Virus record (IMG/VR): IMGVR_UViG_3300028840_004314
Span: 1 to 64,000 of that record
Source of the DNA: a virus
Length of the DNA stretch: 64,000 nucleotides
Reading direction: 5' to 3' (one strand)
Shown here: in pieces, positions 16,094 to 25,877 of the stretch
Position numbering within the stretch: position 1 is the stretch's first letter
Layout of the letters: the number at the start of each line of letters is the position of its first letter
Program-made: the position numbers and the translations under genes
Notes under the pieces: model-generated
The model's database searches: none
What the model was told of the DNA's origin: nothing
Seen by the model: the letters and a program-made list of their open reading frames with translations, nothing else

Positions 16094-18877
16094 ATGCGGG
16101 AATTAGAGGCCAACACACAAGTCAAGGTTCGTATTGGTCCTGTTGTGGATGTTACTGATGCTGTTACTCCAGTAACCACCCTTAATTTGGGTACCGCGGA
16201 CGAAGCCGAGCTCTTGAAACATGATGGGGCCGCCACAGTGGACATATCAGGAAACACTTTCGCCGCTGTAACAGGTTCAGATGGTTGGTACGATCTTACG
16301 TTAACGGCTGGGAATCTGGATACAGAAGGCGATTTGACTGTAGTGATACAGGACGATAATGTCTGTATGCCAGTCTACGCCCACTTTGAAGTTGTGTCCC
16401 AAGCCTATTACCAGAGTAAGTACGGGGCCAAGGATACCGGATACATGGATGTGAATGTTAAGGCCATTAGTGAGGATACAGCCGCCGCGGACGCCTTGGA
16501 GGCCCAGTTTGATGGTACAGGATTGTCGGGGGACACCTACCCTGCCACGCAAGCCCAGGTGGGTAATCTGTCAACCGGGTCAGCTAGCATTAGTACCACT
16601 GTTTCTAGCACGGAGGCCGTCCTTCCGGCGGTGGTAGGTACTCCTACCAATACGTACACCGCTACATATGAGGAGGATGGGACGTATCATTCCTGGGCTC
16701 CCAGTGGTGGTACCCTGGAGTTTGCGTACAACTTTAACATCGGAGCGAACGCTTCTCCCACCATAATAACCTGGATAGGTTATTGTCAGGGCAATAATGA
16801 CACAATCGGTGTTTATGCTAGAAACTGGGTCGCAGGTACCTGGGAACAAATAGGAACTATTGATGGTACTGCTTTGGCAACACAGCAGACTAGGGTATTG
16901 GACCTTACTACATCCCATGTGAATACTGGAGCAAACGCTGGGGATGTAAGAATTCGATTCTATTCCACAGGTGGTCCAGTTGTTACTACGTTTGCCACGG
17001 ATAGGATGTTGTGTTCCTACACAATCACCAACCAGTCGGTTGGGTATGCGATGGGGGCCATTTGGGTCGACACAAACGCCAGTAATACAAACACAGTCGC
17101 CTTTGTGGATGGTGTGGCTGACAATCCAGTGTCCACCTGGGCGGCGGCCTTGACATTGTCGGCTTCCACGGGAATTAACAACTTTCAGGTGGCGGGTGGA
17201 TCCAGTATTACACTGTCTGCCAATTCGGATAATTACTCCATTCATGGGGATGGGTTATTCACCTTGGCTTTGGGCAATCAAAGTATCGCCAATACACATA
17301 TTCACCAGGCCACAATTAGTGGAGTTGGTTCCGGGTCAGGGGCCATTATGGAAGATTGTAGAATTTCTGCGGATACTTCCTTGGGTCCATGTTATGTTGT
17401 ACGAAGTGGATTTAACACTCCAAGTGGACAGCCTTTTGTAGCCAATGGAAATGGAGAGTATGTGTTTGTGGATTGTGTGTCCTTGGTGGCTGGTTCTGGT
17501 ACACCCTACTTTGACTTCTCTGGTACTGGAGCCTCCAGTGGTGTGAACATAAGAAGGTGGGCAGGTGGAACGAATATCACATTGGATAGTGATAACACGT
17601 TAAGCCTGGAAGTTTTGGCTGGTGGTGGTCAGACGGTTACTACTGGTGGTGGTAATGTTGAAATTCGTGGTTGTTGTAGGTCTGTTACTGTTACCATGTC
17701 GGCGGCTGAAACAGTTCAGTTCGCTGGTGTTACCGGTCCAATTACATTGTCTGGTACTACAAATGGAACGGTGAATTTGTATGGTGTATCTGCGTCCCTA
17801 ACGGATAACACCAGTAACGCCACTGTGACGGATGAAACAGTCTCTAATCCTAACGCGGCTGATGCAGTTTGGGATGAGCAGATCACTAATCAGATTCATA
17901 ATGGGGCCCAGAGTGCTGGTAAGAGGTTGCGACAGTTGTCGTCCCCAGTGATACACGAAGGAACGGCACAGGGTGGAACCAGTACGAGTATCACGTTGGA
18001 TGCTGGGGCCAGTGCTGTGGATGGAACATATGATCCTTCCAACCTTGTAATATCCGGAGGTACTGGAATTGGTCAGTCTAGGCAGATATTGGAGTACAAT
18101 GGAAGTACAAAGGTGGCCTATGTGAATAGGGACTGGAAAGTTACTCCGGACGCCACCAGTGAATTTGTGATTTATGCCTCGGTGGGTGATACGCATATCA
18201 ACGAAGGAGCGGCACAGGGTGGTAGTACTAACACCATCACGTTGAACTCCTTGGCTTCTAGTGTGGATGACATATACAATGAACAGACGGTGTTTATTGT
18301 GGCGGGTACTGGGGCGGATCAGTGTAGAAACGTTGTGGATTATGTTGGATCCACCAGGGTGGCGACTGTGGAACATGATTGGGAGGTTACTCCCGATGCC
18401 ACCTCTGTGTATGTGATGTTACCCTCCGGAAACCACCTGTTGACAGAATTAAATGCTGAAATGGATACAGCCATCGCGGACGCTTCTTTGGCTACAGCGG
18501 CCTCCATAACAACACTCCGTGGGACTGATAATGATACGTTGAAAACCCTAAGCGATCAGTTGGATGGTACAGCCACGGCGGCGGCCTTGACAACACTCCG
18601 TGGGGCTGACAATGACACGTTGAAAACTTTGAGTGATCAGTTGGATGGTACAGCCACGGCGGCAGCCATAACCGCACTGCGTGGAGCAGACAATGACACG
18701 TTGAAAACTTTGAGTGATCAGATAGATTTATTGGCTACAGCTGCAGCCATTGTGGCCATGAGAGGGGCCGATAACGATACATTGAAAACTCTAAGTGATC
18801 AGATAGATGCCATAAGTACTACTATGTCTAACACCAATAACGTGTCTCGTACAAGTGATGTGATAATCAGGAAGTAG
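16094..18877 (+). CDS. Large Thr/Gly/Ala-rich fibre or decoration protein
   Basis: 927 aa; two EGxAQGGxxxxITL...GTG..Q.R....Y.GST...W.VTPDATS repeats; C-terminal 27-aa repeats. Confidence 0.75.
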   Translation: MRELEANTQVKVRIGPVVDVTDAVTPVTTLNLGTADEAELLKHDGAATVDISGNTFAAVTGSDGWYDLTLTAGNLDTEGDLTVVIQDDNVCMPVYAHFEVVSQAYYQSKYGAKDTGYMDVNVKAISEDTAAADALEAQFDGTGLSGDTYPATQAQVGNLSTGSASISTTVSSTEAVLPAVVGTPTNTYTATYEEDGTYHSWAPSGGTLEFAYNFNIGANASPTIITWIGYCQGNNDTIGVYARNWVAGTWEQIGTIDGTALATQQTRVLDLTTSHVNTGANAGDVRIRFYSTGGPVVTTFATDRMLCSYTITNQSVGYAMGAIWVDTNASNTNTVAFVDGVADNPVSTWAAALTLSASTGINNFQVAGGSSITLSANSDNYSIHGDGLFTLALGNQSIANTHIHQATISGVGSGSGAIMEDCRISADTSLGPCYVVRSGFNTPSGQPFVANGNGEYVFVDCVSLVAGSGTPYFDFSGTGASSGVNIRRWAGGTNITLDSDNTLSLEVLAGGGQTVTTGGGNVEIRGCCRSVTVTMSAAETVQFAGVTGPITLSGTTNGTVNLYGVSASLTDNTSNATVTDETVSNPNAADAVWDEQITNQIHNGAQSAGKRLRQLSSPVIHEGTAQGGTSTSITLDAGASAVDGTYDPSNLVISGGTGIGQSRQILEYNGSTKVAYVNRDWKVTPDATSEFVIYASVGDTHINEGAAQGGSTNTITLNSLASSVDDIYNEQTVFIVAGTGADQCRNVVDYVGSTRVATVEHDWEVTPDATSVYVMLPSGNHLLTELNAEMDTAIADASLATAASITTLRGTDNDTLKTLSDQLDGTATAAALTTLRGADNDTLKTLSDQLDGTATAAAITALRGADNDTLKTLSDQIDLLATAAAIVAMRGADNDTLKTLSDQIDAISTTMSNTNNVSRTSDVIIRK
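18491..18814 (+). repeat. 4 x 81-bp coding tandem repeat (ATAAxxxxxRGxDNDTLKTLSDQxD)
   Basis: Units start at 18491, 18572, 18653 and 18734. Confidence 0.9.
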
Positions 18878-18878
18878 G

Positions 18879-20456
18879 ATGGACGTACAAGAATTAAAAA
18901 CTGAAGTATCCAAGATTGAGCCTCTACAGGATCGTAATCGCGACGAATGGGAGTCCTCGATCAGTTCCAGGGATTGTGATGTGAAATACGACTACGCCCT
19001 GGCTCGAGCCTTGGAGTCCTACGCAAAGAAACTTCCTATCCTGAGACAGTACATCCTGGATACAGAGGGAGACGAGTATCTGTCAGATATTCGACAACAG
19101 GCCATTGAGAAGGTTGACAGGATATTAGATAAGGCGGGTTGTTGTATCAAGGAACAGGAGCTGCGAAGTAAGCGGTTGGTGTCACGAAAACCACACCATA
19201 CCACTTACTACATCGACTACGGTGGTGGGAACGATTCCAACACCGGGCTATCTACAGGACAGGCTTGGAAGACCTTGGCAAAGTATACATCCTCCACAGT
19301 AAGGACCGCCGGCGATATCGCTTTATTGAGGGCCAATGTAACCTGGACTCCTTCTGCCATTGTTAACTTCGATGAAGATGGTACAAAGGACGCCCCCATA
19401 TACATGATCGGCTGTGACAGTGTTACAAATGATCCTTGGGGGGATGGGAGTGATGTAAAACCTATCATAGATTTTCAGGACCTTAGTAGATACCTTAGTT
19501 TCAATACAGACGATTGGTGGTGGTTGAAGCGGTTGGATATTCAAAAGTGTGGGGCCTCCACCGGAGCCGTCTTTATCAACAACAGTAATTATTGGACACT
19601 TGAAGATAGTAAAGTCAGTGATGGTCTTAACAGTACAATAGAAGGACTACAATTCTCCGGAAATTACGTTTTAAGGCGAATCTACGGATGTGAATTTGAA
19701 AATACAGGTGGAACTGCCATCTTTGCCAACTCAGGGAACTATGAAATTAGAAATACTATTATCAATCCAGGAACAGGGGCGGGATGCTACGAAGGTATTT
19801 ACTGCCTGGGCGGTAAGATAGACTTCCATAGTGTACAATTTGCCAGCGATGGACAAACCTTCACACGAAGTCAGATTTACGCTGTACAAGGTTTCCGTAT
19901 AAACGGAGACGCCGTTACGTGTGGTGTAACTACAGATATAGTATTTCAAACCCCATTTGCCGGGGCCTATGTGCAAATGGGTGGTTGGCCGGATTCCGAC
20001 GGGGCCTACTACAGGGACCGATACGGTGTCATTACAAAGACCACTACTAGCCCAAGAACGGGTGGGTCCCAATCAATGGCTAAAATGGAACCTACAAGTG
20101 AAGTAGGTTTATACGCCCCATTGACTTTAGGAAATCCATCGACAGGGTTTACCCCTGTATGGGTAGGAGCGGGATCCTATACAGCCACGGTGTATGCTAG
20201 AACAGGTTCTGCCTGGGACACCGCTTTGGCGGCGGGAGAATGTTATCTGAAGTGTTCCTACTTGGATCATGCAACTAACAATACACGCACGTTTGTACAA
20301 AGTACAGAGACAATAACCAACGACGGTGCCTGGACCGCCTTTACATGTGCGATCTCTCCGGCGGCGGAAGGGTGGGTATTTTTCTGGTTCTGTTTGGCCG
20401 AATACGAGGACGACACGGAGTACATTGAAGTAGACGTTTTACCTGAAATTGGGTAG
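18879..20456 (+). CDS. Right-handed beta-helix (pectin-lyase-like) virion protein, paralog 1
   Basis: TYYID..GGND.NTGLS..QAWKT start of the beta-helix; paralogous to the next gene. Confidence 0.8.
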   Translation: MDVQELKTEVSKIEPLQDRNRDEWESSISSRDCDVKYDYALARALESYAKKLPILRQYILDTEGDEYLSDIRQQAIEKVDRILDKAGCCIKEQELRSKRLVSRKPHHTTYYIDYGGGNDSNTGLSTGQAWKTLAKYTSSTVRTAGDIALLRANVTWTPSAIVNFDEDGTKDAPIYMIGCDSVTNDPWGDGSDVKPIIDFQDLSRYLSFNTDDWWWLKRLDIQKCGASTGAVFINNSNYWTLEDSKVSDGLNSTIEGLQFSGNYVLRRIYGCEFENTGGTAIFANSGNYEIRNTIINPGTGAGCYEGIYCLGGKIDFHSVQFASDGQTFTRSQIYAVQGFRINGDAVTCGVTTDIVFQTPFAGAYVQMGGWPDSDGAYYRDRYGVITKTTTSPRTGGSQSMAKMEPTSEVGLYAPLTLGNPSTGFTPVWVGAGSYTATVYARTGSAWDTALAAGECYLKCSYLDHATNNTRTFVQSTETITNDGAWTAFTCAISPAAEGWVFFWFCLAEYEDDTEYIEVDVLPEIG

Positions 20457-20465
20457 TGTGTTTGA

Positions 20466-22058
20466 ATGGGACTAGCTGAACTTAAAAAAGAAATCGCCCA
20501 GAATGCTACTTTCCAAGGTAGAAGTAGGGAGGGCTGGGAAGCCATCATACGAAGGCGAGCCATACATGTGAAGTATGGAGACGATCTTGAACACGCCATA
20601 AGGTGTTATGTTCGAGAGATACCACGTCTACGAAGGATGTTGGCTTTGAAGGAGAATCAATGGGAGCGGGCACAACAGAAGTTAGTGAGGTTAATGGATA
20701 AGTTAGCCTGCTGTTTAAAAGAACAGGAGTTAAGGAAGGCCGGGGAAGTTATAAGAAACCCCCACCACACCACGTACTACATCGACTATGGAAGTGGAAA
20801 CGATGCCAATACTGGACTTTCTACGGGACAGTCCTGGAAGACCATCACACAGTACACTACTACGACAGTCCGCAGTGCCGGCGATATTGCCCTGCTGAGG
20901 GCCAATGTAACCTGGACACAGGGAACAGAAGCGGTGGACATTACGTGTGACGAGGATGGAACCCTGGATGCCTACATTAGTATCATCGGTTGTGATAGTG
21001 TAACTAATGATCCATGGTCGGATGGGAGTGATGTAAAACCCATCATCGATTTTGAGGACGCCGCCTACCAGATCGACCTTACTAGCGACGATTACTGGTG
21101 GCTGGAGAGGTTGGACATTCAAAGAGGGGCAGATACCAATGGGTATTTGTACATTAACAATGGAATAAACAATCGGATCAAGGATTGTAAATTCAGCCTT
21201 GGTACTAATGCCAGTTCCATAGGTGTTAAGGTTGAAGGGACGGCCCCGTGGAACAATGTTTTGGATGGCTGTACCTTTGTGGATAACAATGGAACGGACA
21301 TTTCCAATGTTACCGGTGTACTGGTAGTAAAGGATTGTACCTTCAACGCTGGGTCGGTGGATGGCTGTGATGTTTGCATGTCGGTTTCCAACATGTCAGA
21401 GATCCATATCCACGATGGTTCCATAGGTTCAGACGCCGTGGACTATGACACGGCCGTATTTAGTATTGAAAGTACTGGAGGCGGAGGTCAGATTTCCGGA
21501 GTTGGTGTTACTGTTGGATGTACTTTATCCACTACTGGATTCGCGGCCGCCACAGCAGGTAGTTTTTTGAAATTGGGCGATTGTCCCTCCGCTGGGGACG
21601 CGTACGAGGAAACCTGGCTGGGCACTATCACAAGAACGACTGCAGATATTCGGGCAGGTGGTGGAACCTCTATGGCTAAGATGGAGCCCAGTTCCGCGGT
21701 GGGTTTGTACAACCCACTGGTGTTTGGTGATGTGGAAACAGGATTCCGGGCCATGTGGGGTACATCAGGTGCCTACACAGCCACGGTGTACGTGAGAACA
21801 GGTTCAGCTTGGGACAGTGCTTTGACGGCCGCCGAGTGCTATCTAATGTGTTCCTACCTGGATCATTCAACTAACGCCACCAGGACCTTTGTACAAAGTA
21901 CCGAAACGATAACCAACGACGCGGCTTGGACAGCCCTAACTTGTAGTTTAACTCCACAACAGGAAGGATGGATGTACTTCTGGATTTACTTGGCGGAGTA
22001 CGAGGACGCCACGGAGTACATTGAAGTTGACATACTACCTGTAGTGGTTAAGGCCTAG
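20466..22058 (+). CDS. Right-handed beta-helix virion protein, paralog 2
   Basis: Same N- and C-terminal blocks as 18879..20456 with a divergent middle. Confidence 0.8.
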   Translation: MGLAELKKEIAQNATFQGRSREGWEAIIRRRAIHVKYGDDLEHAIRCYVREIPRLRRMLALKENQWERAQQKLVRLMDKLACCLKEQELRKAGEVIRNPHHTTYYIDYGSGNDANTGLSTGQSWKTITQYTTTTVRSAGDIALLRANVTWTQGTEAVDITCDEDGTLDAYISIIGCDSVTNDPWSDGSDVKPIIDFEDAAYQIDLTSDDYWWLERLDIQRGADTNGYLYINNGINNRIKDCKFSLGTNASSIGVKVEGTAPWNNVLDGCTFVDNNGTDISNVTGVLVVKDCTFNAGSVDGCDVCMSVSNMSEIHIHDGSIGSDAVDYDTAVFSIESTGGGGQISGVGVTVGCTLSTTGFAAATAGSFLKLGDCPSAGDAYEETWLGTITRTTADIRAGGGTSMAKMEPSSAVGLYNPLVFGDVETGFRAMWGTSGAYTATVYVRTGSAWDSALTAAECYLMCSYLDHSTNATRTFVQSTETITNDAAWTALTCSLTPQQEGWMYFWIYLAEYEDATEYIEVDILPVVVKA

Positions 22059-22087
22059 GACGATCAGAAGCCCAAGGTGATTTAGAA

Positions 22088-22780
22088 ATGACAACACCCT
22101 TTGCCAGAGCAGAATGGATAGGAGGATCTCCCTTTATGGTGGGATCCCTCCTCTACAATGTGGAGGGATGGTCTGGAGGGGCCCCATACCTTGCGGCAGA
22201 TCCAACGAGAACGGACGCCGAATGGTTAAGGACTTCTACACAAAGTTGGGCGTATCCAGACACAGAGTGGGAAGGTGTAATTCCAATCGCTCGTGGAACG
22301 CGTCATATTGGATTTACAGATTGGGTGGAGACTATCAATGATGGAATTGGAGTAACCGACGTCGATGTAGGAAGTGTAGGTTTTCCACGTACAATTTCTG
22401 ACGCCCTAGGTATGGCGGATTCAACTACAAAAGTATCTACTTTTGTTCGTACCGTGGCAGAATCTTTAGGGTTGACGGATGTCACGTCTTCCCAGTATAA
22501 TGGAGTACGATCCATAGACGATGGTATCGCAATCACCGATGTTAGTACAAGGGTATCCACTTTTGTTCGTTCTTTGGTAGACACCCTAGGATTATCTGAC
22601 GCCGTGGTCAAGGACATGACTTGGACCATACTGGATTCCATGGGATACAGTGATTCACAGTTAGTGAGTTTTGGTCATGTAAGAACTATCAATGATGTAC
22701 TCGGTATGTTGGATGAAAAGGAAAAGGTGGAATTCGCTCTAGGTATGTGTGCTTTTTTGGTGATAAAACAGAGCAAGTAG
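22088..22780 (+). CDS. Virion structural protein with short R(T/S)xxDxLGxxD repeats
   Basis: RTISDALGMAD, RTVAESLGLTD, RSLVDTLGLSD, RTINDVLGMLD. Confidence 0.65.
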   Translation: MTTPFARAEWIGGSPFMVGSLLYNVEGWSGGAPYLAADPTRTDAEWLRTSTQSWAYPDTEWEGVIPIARGTRHIGFTDWVETINDGIGVTDVDVGSVGFPRTISDALGMADSTTKVSTFVRTVAESLGLTDVTSSQYNGVRSIDDGIAITDVSTRVSTFVRSLVDTLGLSDAVVKDMTWTILDSMGYSDSQLVSFGHVRTINDVLGMLDEKEKVEFALGMCAFLVIKQSK

Positions 22781-22793
22781 AAAGGACCTAACC

Positions 22794-23291
22794 ATGCTAG
22801 AAAGTAAAATCGGACTTCGTGGTGAAGTGATAGCCGAACTCCGTGGCCCGGATGGGAAGCTGAAGCAAAGATCGGTTACACATAACTTGGTGACCGACCA
22901 AGGCGATGATTTCGCCAAGTCTGCCATTTACTCTGCGGCGTACAGTACCTGGGGAATGAAGCTCGGTACCGCCAGTACGGCGGCTGCCAAGAATGGGGCG
23001 GGAAGTTTCATCGCCGTTGGCGACTACGTGAGTGGTTCAGCCCAGGCTCTGGATGATTCCACTCCGAAGGAAGGAGCGGCTGCCAATATTGTCCAATTCC
23101 GAAGACTGTGGGCGGCCGGGGAGGGTACCAGTGCCACGATCAATCGGGTGGCTATTGTGAATAACACAACGGACGCCGGGGAGGCAGATGCCACGGGAAC
23201 CTTCGCCATCTCCGTCTTTTCTGCCACAATCGCCAAAGGGGCCGGCGACACTCTCACGGTGACATGGAATGTCACTTACACTGGAGCCTAA
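22794..23291 (+). CDS. Virion structural protein (tail/fibre associated)
   Basis: HNLVTDQG near the N-terminus and KGAGDTLTVTW at the C-terminus, a pattern typical of phage structural proteins. Confidence 0.7.
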   Translation: MLESKIGLRGEVIAELRGPDGKLKQRSVTHNLVTDQGDDFAKSAIYSAAYSTWGMKLGTASTAAAKNGAGSFIAVGDYVSGSAQALDDSTPKEGAAANIVQFRRLWAAGEGTSATINRVAIVNNTTDAGEADATGTFAISVFSATIAKGAGDTLTVTWNVTYTGA

Positions 23292-23293
23292 TC

Positions 23294-23905
23294 ATGCAAC
23301 GGTTTGTAGCTGCTGTAGACAATGTGTTGATTTTTGATCTGGTTGCCAAGGAGAGCGGATCAGCCATTTCGTCGGGTACTGTTAACTTCTACCTGGTGGC
23401 TGATTCAGGATCCAACCAGGGCAAATGGTGGAACGCCTCTACCAAGACTTGGTCGGCCACAAAAGTCTCCGCTGGTGTAGGGACCTACAAGGACGGGAGT
23501 ACATGGAGGGTCACCGTAGACGCCGACGCCTGGGTAACCAGAACACATTACATAGTGTACGCGGAAACCGCGGCCGGGACTCACATCCCGTATTCGGAGA
23601 AGGTGGTGGAATTGGAATATTCCACTGGTGTGGGTACTGTAGTTGTGACGGATACTTATGGTGGAGGGGATTACAGATACCTTACATCGGCTGGTATTGG
23701 AATTGAAAACGCCCTGGTGTACGCCTTCCTATCCTCGGATTACAGTGCGGATAATGTGGGATCCGCCTACATCAAGGCACAAACAACTACTACAAGCACT
23801 GGGGAATGGAATAGCCCATTGAATTTGGATCCTGGGACGTATACCTTGTACTATTACAAGGCGAATGCCTACGGTCCTGATATTACGACTCTTGAGGTGT
23901 CATAA
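23294..23905 (+). CDS. Beta-rich virion protein
   Basis: TTTTSTGEW...LDPGTYTL Ig/transthyretin-like C-terminus. Confidence 0.65.
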   Translation: MQRFVAAVDNVLIFDLVAKESGSAISSGTVNFYLVADSGSNQGKWWNASTKTWSATKVSAGVGTYKDGSTWRVTVDADAWVTRTHYIVYAETAAGTHIPYSEKVVELEYSTGVGTVVVTDTYGGGDYRYLTSAGIGIENALVYAFLSSDYSADNVGSAYIKAQTTTTSTGEWNSPLNLDPGTYTLYYYKANAYGPDITTLEVS

Positions 23906-24939
23906 TGGCTGTTATTGGGACTCCTGTAACTACTACTACGACCACATCCACTGGGGATGTAACGATATACGAGACCTTTCAAAAGAATGGTGTGTATTTC
24001 GATCCCACTTCCGTGGTGTTGAGTGATACTACTGGTACCTACGGAGTGAAGCGGGACGATACCGATGCCGTGGTAGTGGCGGCGGGTACGGCTTTCACCA
24101 AGACGGCCACAGGGAAGTATGAGTACACCTTCACTCCTAGTGTGGGTGGGTTGACTTACACCTATGTTACTAAATGGGTACACGAGGGAGAAACGTTCCA
24201 TGATTCGGAACGTGTTACAGATCGGGCGGGAAGTAGTCTGGCCTCCCAGAGGTCCACAAGTAAGTGGCTCACCTGGTTTGCCAATCAGGCGCTTCCTCGT
24301 ACACTCGCCACTCCACAGGCGGGTCAAGAACAAATCATCGAGACTGCCATCCGATTTTGGAACACACATAGTGCCTACAAACTCAGTACAATGGTGGACA
24401 CGCCGGCCCAGGGTGGTAGGGTCCAGCTGAATTCACAATTCAAGAACGTCGTACAAGCCTATCCTAGCCAGCAGGCGTCCACCATTTTAAATCACCATCC
24501 ATTGTGGACATTGGTTGGTGTGGAGATCCTGGATAATGTGACAGGGGACTTGATCCTCATGTCAGAGGCGTATAAGAACTACCAGATCTATACAGGAACG
24601 GACTTCCGATGGATGTGGGTAAAGTCGGATGACCCCGACACCGGTGGGTACCTGTACGTTAGGAACCCTCCCAACAATTCCTCCAAACTTCTGGTGGTGG
24701 GTACAAAACGAATTACGTCTACGGAAGATGTAATCATAGAGCCTGTGTTGGAATGGCTTCTTCGGTACGCCTGGGCGTTGTTGAAGAAACATGAGGGACG
24801 GGCCTTACGGGCCGCCGAGACGGCCGGTATCAAAACGGATGGATCGGATTGGTACAGCGAAGGAGAAGAGGAACGGAAACAATTGGAGGAAGAATTGTCC
24901 AGAAATGGTAGATGGGTAGCTTTTGCTAGGAGATGTTAA
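23905..24939 (+). CDS. Neck/head-tail adaptor (T4 gp13-like) with an N-terminal Ig-like domain
   Basis: C-terminal W..RYA.AL.K..EG....DG....EG..E...LEEEL pattern; position in the module. Confidence 0.65.
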   Translation: MAVIGTPVTTTTTTSTGDVTIYETFQKNGVYFDPTSVVLSDTTGTYGVKRDDTDAVVVAAGTAFTKTATGKYEYTFTPSVGGLTYTYVTKWVHEGETFHDSERVTDRAGSSLASQRSTSKWLTWFANQALPRTLATPQAGQEQIIETAIRFWNTHSAYKLSTMVDTPAQGGRVQLNSQFKNVVQAYPSQQASTILNHHPLWTLVGVEILDNVTGDLILMSEAYKNYQIYTGTDFRWMWVKSDDPDTGGYLYVRNPPNNSSKLLVVGTKRITSTEDVIIEPVLEWLLRYAWALLKKHEGRALRAAETAGIKTDGSDWYSEGEEERKQLEEELSRNGRWVAFARRC

Positions 24940-24969
24940 AGTGATAACAACATACTAGGAACACTGAGC

Positions 24970-25245
24970 ATGCCAAAGAGGAAGCCGGTTAGAACACATA
25001 CGTTCCGTTACGGTGTTTACAGAATCGAAGAGGCCTTGGGGGCCGATGGTGTTTGTGATGTACCAGACAACAGATTACGAAAAACACTGGATATGATGAT
25101 CTACCAGGGAAATAGTCTAAGGGCGTTGAGAACGGCGATACATGAATCCATGCACGCCGAAGGTGTACCTGACAGATTCGTCCATGGGCTGACTCCTGAT
25201 AGGATCGCCAGTTTTCTATGGAGACTTGGTTGGCGACGAAGATGA
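24970..25245 (+). CDS. Small HExxH metallopeptidase-like protein
   Basis: TAIHESMHA. Confidence 0.55.
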   Translation: MPKRKPVRTHTFRYGVYRIEEALGADGVCDVPDNRLRKTLDMMIYQGNSLRALRTAIHESMHAEGVPDRFVHGLTPDRIASFLWRLGWRRR

Positions 25246-25877
25246 TTAAACACATCGAACAATTAATGGAAGCCCATAGGGACATCTTCAAGCCAATGCC
25301 AGAGGATGAACAGAGAAACATCTGGACTGACTTCCTGGCACAAATGGTGATATTGGAGGGATGGAAACTCACAGATCATGGAATAGAAGTTCCAGGTACT
25401 GTGAATTTCGGGGAGGATTTTACAGATGTGGAGGAACTACCCTTTAAATTCTGGACTGTAGGAGGCGATTTTCTCATATACAATGGAGTGTTGGCCACCT
25501 TGGCAGGTTGTCCAGTTCAAGTAAAGAAAACTTTCGACTGTGAAGGTAACATGCTGACTTCGTTGAAGGGTGGACCGAAATTTGTAGGGGCTCATTACGA
25601 ATGTGGTTGGAATGTATTGAATTCCTTGGAAGGGGCCCCGGAGTTTATACCTGGAAACTTCTCTTGTAGCAATAATAACTTGGTTGATTTACGAGGTGGT
25701 CCAAGGGTGGTGATGGGTGACTATCGTTGTGAAAACTGTAACATAAGATCCTTCAAAGGGGCCCCAGAATATGTGGGCGGGAATTTCTACTATGCTAAGA
25801 ATTCTGTGGATCTGGAGGATTACAAAGAACTACAGAAATGGTGGCTTCAACTTCGCCGAGAAGGTTTGAAGATATGA
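25242..25877 (+). CDS. Phage LRR-like repeat protein with leader and EAHRDIF tag
   Basis: MIKHIEQLME-AHRDIFKPMPEDE; LxSLxGxPxxVGxxFxCxxN repeats. Confidence 0.85.
   Translation: MIKHIEQLMEAHRDIFKPMPEDEQRNIWTDFLAQMVILEGWKLTDHGIEVPGTVNFGEDFTDVEELPFKFWTVGGDFLIYNGVLATLAGCPVQVKKTFDCEGNMLTSLKGGPKFVGAHYECGWNVLNSLEGAPEFIPGNFSCSNNNLVDLRGGPRVVMGDYRCENCNIRSFKGAPEYVGGNFYYAKNSVDLEDYKELQKWWLQLRREGLKI

Noticed and set aside
18491-18814. CRISPR array
   Set aside because: In-frame coding repeat with no unique spacers
18879-22058. Diversity-generating retroelement template/variable repeat pair
   Set aside because: Both copies are full ORFs, differences are not adenine-specific, and no reverse transcriptase is in the window
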